From: Gammaproteobacteria bacterium
GTDB lineage: Bacteria; Pseudomonadota; Gammaproteobacteria; GCA-001735895
Direction: 5' to 3'
NCBI GenBank assembly: GCA_024763185.1
Contig: JANTFY010000002.1
Coordinates: forward strand, 1 to 36,333
Length of the DNA stretch: 36,333 bases
Shown here: positions 26,701-36,333 of the stretch, piece by piece
How the letters are laid out: the number at the start of each line of letters is the position of its first letter
How positions within the stretch are numbered: the first letter of the stretch is position 1
Translations under genes and position numbers: made by a program
Notes under the pieces: generated by a model
The model's input: the letters and a program-made list of their open reading frames with translations, nothing else
Databases searched by the model: none
What the model was told of the DNA's origin: nothing

Positions 26701-27707
26701 ATACCTTCGACTTTAGCCAGGATATCCTCGGCTACCTTGACGCCATTGGAGCCTTTCTTCTTGGCAATCGCCACAGTAACGGCTGAAGCGGCATAGGCTT
26801 CTTCTTGGCCTTCAGCAAGTTGGGCGGGAGCGGTATAATAGTTAACGATTCGTGTGGTATCCGATGGAGCAGCCGTGACCTTGGCGATGTCCCGAACATA
26901 AACTGGGGAACCATCTTTGATGGTCACAACCAGGCTTTCCACGTCTCGCTCAGTTTTCAGGAAAGAACCTGAATAGACCTTTGAACTCTGGTCGCTCTGT
27001 TCAATACTGCCTAAACCCAGTTGGCTATTCGCGGTACGGATTGTCTGGGCGATCTGATCCAGACTTATGTCGTAACCCGACAATTTTTCCGGAAGTACTT
27101 CTATTTTTAACTGATCTGGACGCCCACCCACGACAAACCCCTGACTGGCATTTTCCACCGAACTGATATTTTGCAGAATATCCAAGCCTACCAAACGCAA
27201 TACAGAATCGTCATGATGGTTAGACCACAAGGTAATAGTCACCACCGGTACATCATCCACACCTTTCGGTTTTACCAGTGGTTGATCAACACCGGGAGGT
27301 ATTTTGTCCATGTTGGAAGAAATCTTGTCGTAGAGTTTGACCAGGGAATCCTCCAGAACCTCACCCACATCAAACTGGACAGTAACCATACCCTGGTCTC
27401 GCATGGCCGCGGCATAAACATGATCCACACCAGACATTTCACTCAGCATGCGCTGCAGCGGTTCGGTAGCCAGCGAGGCCACCTGTTGTGCCGAGGCACC
27501 CTTATAACTGACAAAAACATCGACCATCGGCACGGAAATCTGGGGATCTTCCTGACGTGGTGTCAGCATCACGCCCACCAAACCCAAGGCAAAGCAGGCT
27601 ACAAGTAAAAGAGGAGAAAGTGGTGAATGAATAAACGCTTTCGCCAGGCCACCGGCTATACCCAATGATTTGTTTTTTTGATTGTCGCTAGTAGGTTGAT
27701 TTGTCAT
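23784..27707 (-). CDS. RND-superfamily efflux permease (AcrB-like core) with a ~230-aa C-terminal extension
   Basis: 1307 aa. AcrB-type architecture: N-terminal TM, two large periplasmic loops and 12 TM segments. Then an extra ~30-residue hydrophobic segment and a Lys/Ala/Thr-rich disordered tail. Confidence 0.85.
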   Translation of the reverse strand: MTNQPTSDNQKNKSLGIAGGLAKAFIHSPLSPLLLVACFALGLVGVMLTPRQEDPQISVPMVDVFVSYKGASAQQVASLATEPLQRMLSEMSGVDHVYAAAMRDQGMVTVQFDVGEVLEDSLVKLYDKISSNMDKIPPGVDQPLVKPKGVDDVPVVTITLWSNHHDDSVLRLVGLDILQNISSVENASQGFVVGGRPDQLKIEVLPEKLSGYDISLDQIAQTIRTANSQLGLGSIEQSDQSSKVYSGSFLKTERDVESLVVTIKDGSPVYVRDIAKVTAAPSDTTRIVNYYTAPAQLAEGQEEAYAASAVTVAIAKKKGSNGVKVAEDILAKVEGMKGNVIPEDIHVEITRNYGKTAEDKVNGLILKLFIATGIVVVLIWAALNFRWEPALVVAIVIPVVILVTVFYALLTGYTIDRVSLFALIFSIGILVDDAIVVVENIYRRWLIDESTDTDIAIDAVREVGNPTILATLTVIAALLPMGFVRGMMGPYMEPIPALGSFAMLFSVFAAFMFTPWLAMRIKPSMEKLKEMEESEHTQNEWLGKLFRKTLIPLITSKTKGRLFLISLFVVFFLCISLFYTKSVPVKMLPLDNKPEFNVVVNMKEGTALPLTANVVNELSNTLLEIEEVTSLQTYVGTASPFNFNGLVRHYYLRSQPWEADIQVLLLDKKDRKRSSHQIAEDARARLLKVIEGNDLVKIQVVEMPPGPPVLQSVVAEVYGPDDEIRRQVARDLEQKFIESSNITDVDTLIADPYKVWRFEVETEKAVRRGISVDTINRTLQMSLGDYILGDVKSGYKLEPTFIVMQVPIEVRADLPRLKEMPVPSQFGGTVPLGELGDFYQIDQEQVIYHKDLRRVEYVTGETQGRLGAPIYGMFDVIDSLENYTSPDGIELKGTWTAPPESDSQSGFEWAGEWTVTYETFRDMGMAFGAAIILIYMLVVMEFGNFSLPAVIMAPIPLTLVGIIPGHWLFGAEFTATSMIGFIALAGIIVRNSILLVDFTKHEIEDGRPVTDSVLLACKARTRPIVVTALALVGGSGVIIFDPIFKGMAISLAFGVLVSTVLTLVVIPLGAISVRKAFAEKTIDASGAAVYADLPHDPILSGEYEPTKKEEDEKGLIDYLAATINFIWIVILSLVVAFWDFIVALTKSLIRLLTRKSAHKENPPAALKPAQPAASQLKEQAAALDSTSEQKVATETKKEITTKTQSADTDVDLDSPMVDQVADKPSENENSGDVNLDDTTSKPVIKPAAKKVVKKKTAKKEAAKATAETKKPALKKSVKKSSTTKNTSDKSKSGHRRGIRLKSDIDDD

Positions 27708-27761
27708 TGTAGAGTTACTAGTTGGTTATTGGTTAGATCTGTTAGCTCTGATGAGAGCAGA

Positions 27762-28931
27762 CTAACCATTAGAGCCGGATGAAATATTTTGTAGATCTGG
27801 TGACCAGCCGGATTTGATCGTTTTGGGTGGGTCACTGATTATGCGGTCACCGGTTTTGATGCCGGAAAGCACGGTGACTCTGGATTTATCATATTCCGAG
27901 CCCAGACGAACAATTTTCATTCGAGCTTTGTTTTCATCATCCAATATATAAACAATTGGTAGACTACCGCGGTAAATCACAGCATTTTTAGGAATCACTG
28001 GAACCGGCTTTTTAACGGAGGAAGTGTCATTGATGGTCACTTCCGCATACAGGCCCGGACCACCGGGAGAACCTTCAGGCAAATCAAATTTTACGGTAAC
28101 CGTATGTTTTTGTTGATCGGCGACTGGATATATTTGCGCCACCTTGGCCTTGGTATAAGTATTGTTAATGTCGAGCTTGACATCCACCAGGCTACCTTTG
28201 GTCAGGCCGAATATAAGTTTTGCGGGTACTTCAGCCTGAATTCTGAGGTATTGCGTATGGGCAAATTTCAATAAAGGTGTACCCGGTTGTACCGTATCAC
28301 CCTCTTCCACCATTTTTCGGACCAGTTTGCCATCAAATGGAGCGATGGCCCGAGCATCACGTAATTTGGCATCGAGTTCATCCAGAGCGGAGCGGGCAGC
28401 CAAAACTGCCGACTCGGCATTTTTAACCTGCGCACCGGATGAATATAAATCGCCATAGCGTTCGATATCTGAGTTGCCCACACCCATCGCGTTACCCATG
28501 TTCCGTGTAAAAACGTTGTCAAATAAATTGGGCAGGCCCATACCGGGCATTGTGGTCAGGCTTTCACTACGCGGGGAAATCAACTCTCGTGAATACTGTA
28601 CCCTGGCATTGCGTAAACTCGCTTCAGCATTGGCCAGTTGGGCCAGTGCAGCACGACGTTTCGCGACCAGATCATCGTCATCAATGGACAGTAACAGATT
28701 GTTTTTCTGGAAATAGTCGCCTTCAGAACCGGCAATATATTGAACCCTGCCTGGCACCTGGGCAGACAATGTGACTTCTTTATATGGAATTATCGTTCCA
28801 CCGATTTTTATACGGTTGCCAAATTCTGCGGCTTCAACAGTCATTAACTGCCACGCCTGAGGGGCTGAAGAAAATAACGTTAAAATCGTCCCCATTAACA
28901 GGGTAGATTTAAATGGATAATTTATATTCAT
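27762..28931 (-). CDS. RND periplasmic adaptor (membrane fusion protein, HlyD/AcrA family)
   Basis: 389 aa. Signal/anchor sequence, lipoyl-like half motifs (VTLSAQVPGRV ... IAPFDGKLV), an alpha-hairpin with a non-helical insert, and beta-barrel and MP domains. Lies directly upstream of the RND gene. Confidence 0.85.
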   Translation of the reverse strand: MNINYPFKSTLLMGTILTLFSSAPQAWQLMTVEAAEFGNRIKIGGTIIPYKEVTLSAQVPGRVQYIAGSEGDYFQKNNLLLSIDDDDLVAKRRAALAQLANAEASLRNARVQYSRELISPRSESLTTMPGMGLPNLFDNVFTRNMGNAMGVGNSDIERYGDLYSSGAQVKNAESAVLAARSALDELDAKLRDARAIAPFDGKLVRKMVEEGDTVQPGTPLLKFAHTQYLRIQAEVPAKLIFGLTKGSLVDVKLDINNTYTKAKVAQIYPVADQQKHTVTVKFDLPEGSPGGPGLYAEVTINDTSSVKKPVPVIPKNAVIYRGSLPIVYILDDENKARMKIVRLGSEYDKSRVTVLSGIKTGDRIISDPPKTIKSGWSPDLQNISSGSNG

Positions 28932-29563
28932 TGTTATATTACCAATATCAGCAAATCAGGCTTTTTTACCTGAGGTATTTATTTAACTGTGTAAGTAAAC
29001 TTTACAAAAAAGCTATATAGCCTTTATCGTCAATCATCGGCTTACGTATCTTCTACATAAAACCACCTTGCGTTAATGTGCGGTCATATTTGAGGACTGA
29101 TAGCTGATAGTTTTCAAGCAATTCAACCAGCATTTTCCTAGGATTGTAGTATTTCAATCCGGTTACAGATTTATGACACCTAAAATTTTCAAAAAACCTT
29201 CCTTGAAAAACTGAACCAAACTGAGTCCAGGTAAACTCTAGCTAACCCAGAAATCACGCATAAAATCCATGGTGCAAATAAACCAGCTGTTACCATAATA
29301 AGGAGCAGATAGAAGCAACACCTTGTTGGTAAAAACATGTTTTTATATTCTTGGGCTATATACGACCTTAAGAAAAACCCATTCTGAAGCAGTGAAGTCT
29401 ATCAAGAAATCACTATATTGGCACAATAAATTATGCCTGTTTTTTACAACGATCCTTCATTCAGTTAACCAAAAAACTTGCGTATATTAGCATTTGTTAA
29501 TATTTAATACAAGTTAATAAGCGGCAAGGTGCTTGCATCGGGACTTAGCAAGCTTTTTAGAAA

Positions 29564-30271
29564 TCAGTGCGATTTTGCACATAATATTAACTCGGCCAAG
29601 CGCAAATCCTGAGGATGGGTAATTTTAATATTACGACTGTCAGAATTGATTAAGCGGGGTTTGTATCCCGCCAGTTCCATGGCCGAGGCATCATCCGTTA
29701 TTTGCAGGTTATCGCCAATAACAGACTTGAGCGCATCGAGTATGATATTCAATGCAAAGGCCTGCGGGGTGAAAGCCCGCCAAAGGTGATCGCGTGGATG
29801 TGTTGATACAATAGACGAAAAATCATCAGACAATTTAAGCGTGTCCGCCACCGGCGTCGCCAGTATCGCGCCATTCGGATTTCCAGCCACGGCTTCAAGC
29901 AGATTATCAAGGTCTGTATGAGATACAAAGGGCCTGACAGCATCATGAATCAGTACGGTACAGTTTTCAATCTGCTGCTCGGCCAGCAACTGTAAGCCAT
30001 GGTAGACCGAATGGTGCCTTTCCTCTCCTCCTACGCAGAGTAACAGAGGTTTTTCGGATTTGTAGTTTAATCCCGGCCAGTAGTCATCCTCTTTATTGAG
30101 GATAAGCACGGCACCGTCAATCTTGTCATAGGACAGAAGACTATCCAGCGTCTGTTCGAGAATGGTTTTGGAACCCAGCGGCAGGTACTGTTTGGGACGA
30201 TCTGCCTGCATGCGCTGGCCGGTTCCGGTGGCCGGTATGACAGCCCAGTAGCTTGGCCGATCAGTCGGCAT
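29564..30271 (-). CDS. ispD: 2-C-methyl-D-erythritol 4-phosphate cytidylyltransferase
   Basis: The AVIPATGTGQRM motif (PAAGxGxRM type) and overall IspD pattern. ATG at 30271 chosen because the track ORF begins at an upstream TTG. Overlaps the ftsB stop by 11 nt. Confidence 0.9.
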   Translation of the reverse strand: MPTDRPSYWAVIPATGTGQRMQADRPKQYLPLGSKTILEQTLDSLLSYDKIDGAVLILNKEDDYWPGLNYKSEKPLLLCVGGEERHHSVYHGLQLLAEQQIENCTVLIHDAVRPFVSHTDLDNLLEAVAGNPNGAILATPVADTLKLSDDFSSIVSTHPRDHLWRAFTPQAFALNIILDALKSVIGDNLQITDDASAMELAGYKPRLINSDSRNIKITHPQDLRLAELILCAKSH

Positions 30272-30563
30272 CGGTTTTCTCAGCGGCGGATTGTGGGCCC
30301 ACAATCTGGAAAAAGGTTTCTCCTTTTTTAATCATGCCCAGATCGTTTCGGGCCTTTTCCTCATAGGCATCAAAGCCGTTTTGCAGATCGAGCACCTGGG
30401 CCTCTAGCTTACGGTTACGCTCTTCCAACTGCTTGAGTTTTTCTTTCTGCAATTCCAGCTCTCGTGATAACTGTACCACCTCGGACAGACTGCCATCACC
30501 AAACCACAGCCGGTATTGCAGCAGTATAAACATAACCACCAAAACAACGATCAACAGGCGCAT
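30261..30563 (-). CDS. ftsB: Cell division protein FtsB
   Basis: 100 aa. N-terminal TM, then the LQYRLWFGDGS motif and a leucine-zipper coiled coil. Conserved eno-ftsB-ispD order. Confidence 0.92.
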   Translation of the reverse strand: MRLLIVVLVVMFILLQYRLWFGDGSLSEVVQLSRELELQKEKLKQLEERNRKLEAQVLDLQNGFDAYEEKARNDLGMIKKGETFFQIVGPQSAAEKTDAD

Positions 30564-30584
30564 CCGTTTACCTGAAGCGGTTTT

Positions 30585-31865
<1,281 letters not shown>

Positions 31866-31893
31866 TTATTTCTCCAATATTCCTGCTTAATAA

Positions 31894-31922
31894 GTCACTT
31901 CAGGCTAGATGACTGAAGTGAC
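31894..31922 (-). terminator. Intercistronic 10-bp perfect hairpin between kdsA and eno (attenuator or processing site)
   Basis: GTCACTTCAG-N9-CTGAAGTGAC, read directly. No clean U-tract follows. Confidence 0.4.
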
Positions 31923-31937
31923 AAAACGATTAAAGGT

Positions 31938-32773
31938 TCACATGAGCCCCTGCTCATGAAAAGTGTTAGCTTTTACGGTCTGGTCGATTGTTTTCAAAAC
32001 CGCGAGTAAGGACTCGAGTTGATCCAGTGGCCAGGCATTCGGGCCATCGCTTAACGCTTGCTCCGGTTGTGGGTGGGTTTCCATAAACAGGCCCGAGACA
32101 CCCGCCGCCATGGCAGAACGCGCCAGTACCGGCACAAACTCACGTTGCCCACCTGACGAGGCACCCTGCCCGCCCGGCAGCTGCACCGAATGGGTAGCAT
32201 CAAACACAACCGGCACACCGGTATTACGCATAACCGCAAGCGAACGCATGTCCGATACCAGGTTATTGTAACCAAAACTGGCACCGCGCTCACACACCAT
32301 GATCTGCTGATTACCAACCTGCAGGGCTTTATCCGCCACGTTTTTCATATCCCACGGGGAAAGAAACTGGCCTTTCTTTATGTTTACCGGTAATCCCTGT
32401 CGAGCCACGTTCTGGATGAAATTGGTTTGACGGCATAAAAAAGCCGGGGTCTGTAATACATCCACCACGCTCGCCACTTCATCAAGCGGCGTGTCTTCAT
32501 GCACATCGGTCAACACCGGCACCGAAATCTCATCTTTGACTTTTTGCAGGATGTTTAATCCCTGCTCCATACCAGGACCACGGAAACTCTGGCTGCTGGA
32601 GCGGTTGGCCTTATCAAAGGATGATTTATAGATAAAGGGTATCGACAGGCGCAGGCATATGTCTTTAAGCGTTTGCGCCGTTTCCAGCGCCAATTGTTCA
32701 CTTTCGATGACACAGGGACCGGCAATCAGAAAAAACGGTCTGTCCAGGCCAATCTCGAAATCACACAGCTGCA

Positions 32774-32774
<1 letters not shown>
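31938..32774 (-). CDS. kdsA: 3-deoxy-8-phosphooctulonate (KDO-8-P) synthase
   Basis: The [11 protein letters not shown] start region plus [11 protein letters not shown]-type and [11 protein letters not shown] motifs. The ATG overlaps the pyrG stop (TGATG). Confidence 0.95.
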
Positions 32775-34450
<1,676 letters not shown>

Positions 34451-34576
34451 TTAGATTAACAGATGACAGGGTTTAAAACAATCGTTTACCCCGTGGCTTA
34501 TCGGTATTTTTCTCCGGCTTTGCTCTATATTTTTTCTGCTACACTCAACTAACACATTCAATTTTCAACTGCATGC

Positions 34577-35875
34577 ATGAAAGCTCTTATCATCGAAAAC
34601 AGTCGGTTGTATCGACAGTTACTGGATAATATCCTGGGACAACAGGGCTTTGAAAATGACATCACCGATGAAATATCTGTAGCCAAGGACCATCTGCATA
34701 ACAATGAATACGACATCATTTGCCTGAATGAAAATTTAAAGGATGGCTCCGGTATGGAATTAATCAGTTATTGCAAAAACCACCCGCAGTTAAAACACAT
34801 GCCCATCCTGTTATTTTCTTCCGATGATGACATACAGGACAAGTACGATCTGGAAGTCGAAGGTATTATCTACAAACACAATCTGCAACAGATATCAGAC
34901 CAGATTATCAACTTTCTGGAAACGCGCCTGGACCCGCTTTTCAGTGAAGGACGTATTCTGTTAATCGAGGATTCCGACAGTCTTGCTCAATTAATTCTCG
35001 GTGCACTGCAAACCACAGGTTACCGGGTTGAGCATTTCTTTTCTGCCGATAAGGCGTGGGAAGATTTTATCGATGAAGTGTCCTATGGTTCAGACCAACA
35101 GGCTTATGATCTCGTCATTACCGACATTAATGTGGAAGGTGAATTGAATGGCCTGCAACTGACCCACCTGATTCGCAACCTGGAAGATGCACGCGGCTTT
35201 ATCCCTATCATTGCCATCACCGCCCAGACGGATGCAGAACTGCGTCTTTCACTCTACCAGGCCGGGATCAGCGACTTTATACCCAAACCCATCCTGATCG
35301 ATGAAATGCTGGTTCGGGTCAGCAACCTGATCACCAACAAAAGGCTGCTGGACAAGGTACATGATCAACGCCGCGAACTGTATAACCTCGCAACCACCGA
35401 TAAACTGACGGGCTGCCATAACCGCCATAGCCTGATGGATTTTTCACAAAAGTTTATATCCCAGGCCATTCGCCACCATTATCCCATCTGCATCTTGGTC
35501 ATCGACCTGGACCATTTCAAGGCGATTAATGACACGCACGGGCATGCCACCGGTGATGATGTGTTACAGGCTACCGGACAATTGCTGAACAGCAGTTTTC
35601 GTGAAGGAGATATGGTCGCCCGCTTTGGTGGTGAAGAGTTCGTGGTGTTACTCAATCATTGCGCACAGTCGGATGGCCTGTTAATTGCCGAAAAGTTTCG
35701 TGCCGATCTTGAAGCGCTCAAACCGGTCAATCTCACGGTAACCGCCAGCATTGGACTGACCTGGCTTGAATCCAACCAACAACATGATTTTGAAGCTTTG
35801 TTTGCTGCAGCCGATAAGGGCGTATATGAAGCCAAGGAAAATGGTCGTAACCAGGTCAGGCAGGTCAGTCCCTAG
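34577..35875 (+). CDS. Response regulator: degenerate REC, canonical REC, then a GGDEF diguanylate cyclase
   Basis: 432 aa. REC1 has IIENS and ICLNEN where the acidic pocket and phospho-acceptor Asp are expected. REC2 has IEDSD, VITDINV, ITAQ and KP. The GGDEF domain has GGEEF with an RxxD I-site (REGD) 5 residues upstream. Confidence 0.85.
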   Translation: MKALIIENSRLYRQLLDNILGQQGFENDITDEISVAKDHLHNNEYDIICLNENLKDGSGMELISYCKNHPQLKHMPILLFSSDDDIQDKYDLEVEGIIYKHNLQQISDQIINFLETRLDPLFSEGRILLIEDSDSLAQLILGALQTTGYRVEHFFSADKAWEDFIDEVSYGSDQQAYDLVITDINVEGELNGLQLTHLIRNLEDARGFIPIIAITAQTDAELRLSLYQAGISDFIPKPILIDEMLVRVSNLITNKRLLDKVHDQRRELYNLATTDKLTGCHNRHSLMDFSQKFISQAIRHHYPICILVIDLDHFKAINDTHGHATGDDVLQATGQLLNSSFREGDMVARFGGEEFVVLLNHCAQSDGLLIAEKFRADLEALKPVNLTVTASIGLTWLESNQQHDFEALFAAADKGVYEAKENGRNQVRQVSP

Positions 35876-35884
35876 GGCCTGGTA

Positions 35885-36333
35885 TCATTTATTCGCAATA
35901 ATCACTGCGCGCAAGGGTGCTGGATAACCTTCCACCGTTAAATCCGGATTATCCGCATCAAGACACTTGGCCAGTGATTCAAACGGCATCCAATCGGTTG
36001 TTCTTTGCTCGTTTATAGTGGTTTGATTAATATCCACCGCGCGAATATTTTTAAAGCCCACCCGCTGTAACCAGTGTATCAACTCGTCAACCGCCGGCAA
36101 AAACCAGACATTATTCATGCGTGCATAACGCGGACCGGGCACCAGCACCTGGCCTTTTTCACCGTCGATAACCAGCGTTTCGAGACACAATTCTCCACCC
36201 GCTTTTAACAGCGACTTTAATTGCAGCAAATGTTCGAAGGGTGATTTTCGGTGGTATAAAACTCCCATGGAAAATACCGTATCAAACCATTGCATGTTTG
36301 ACGGCATATTTTGAATACCGATCGGCAACAGGA
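35885..36333 (-). CDS. cmoB: tRNA U34 carboxymethyltransferase CmoB, C-terminal part (N-terminus lies beyond the window)
   Basis: [20 protein letters not shown]...[10 protein letters not shown]-type pattern and C-terminal GYPAPxRAxxIA. The ORF runs off the window edge. Confidence 0.85.
   Translation of the reverse strand, partial: LLPIGIQNMPSNMQWFDTVFSMGVLYHRKSPFEHLLQLKSLLKAGGELCLETLVIDGEKGQVLVPGPRYARMNNVWFLPAVDELIHWLQRVGFKNIRAVDINQTTINEQRTTDWMPFESLAKCLDADNPDLTVEGYPAPLRAVIIANK

Noticed and set aside
29189-29338. A 49-codon minus-strand ORF (MFLPTRCCFYLLLIMVTAGLFAPWILCVISGLARVYLDSVWFSFSRKVF) in the long spacer upstream of the adaptor gene.
   Set aside because: The product is hydrophobic and could be a small membrane protein. 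However, there is no Shine-Dalgarno sequence, the region is AT-rich so ORFs arise easily, and I have no conservation evidence. It is worth checking only if ribosome profiling or conservation supports it.
29419-29436. TGGCAC followed by AATAAATTAT, considered as a sigma-54 -24/-12 promoter.
   Set aside because: The -12 TTGC element is absent at the required spacing, and the orientation points away from the cluster.

Overview
The window looks like a 36.3-kb chromosomal segment from a gammaproteobacterium, judged by gene content and E. coli/Pseudomonas-like synteny. It has three parts. (1) 1-3300 is a decayed accessory islet. It holds an IS91-family rolling-circle transposase gene inactivated by several lesions, including two inverted copies of a ~68-nt multi-hairpin element. 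It also holds an intact Phd/YefM-ParE toxin-antitoxin pair and a second decayed Cys-rich ORF. (2) Housekeeping blocks: cold-shock protein, ATL (alkyltransferase-like) protein, M48 lipoprotein peptidase, dapB, dnaJ-dnaK-grpE-hrcA, nadK-recN, fur, bamE, rnfH-ratA-NSS transporter, tRNA-Ser(UGA) and a YccA/BI-1 protein. At the right end are ispD-ftsB-eno-kdsA-pyrG, a REC-REC-GGDEF regulator and a truncated cmoB. (3) Between these blocks (18202-28931) lies a nine-gene, single-strand cluster that is visibly more AT-rich and that I cannot assign to any described system. It encodes an RND adaptor with a Met/Gly-rich hairpin-tip insert, an RND pump with an extra hydrophobic segment and a ~170-aa Lys/Ala-rich tail, and two Sec-signal Pro/Tyr/Asn/Gln/Met-rich low-complexity proteins. 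It also encodes a Cys-paired periplasmic protein, an orphan ParA-like ATPase, a membrane-anchored TPR protein, a membrane protein with a strict methionine heptad coiled coil, and a membrane-anchored dynamin-like GTPase. It has no outer-membrane factor, no regulator and no mobility gene. This cluster is my best candidate for an undescribed envelope system. All functional statements come from motif recognition by eye; no database search was run.
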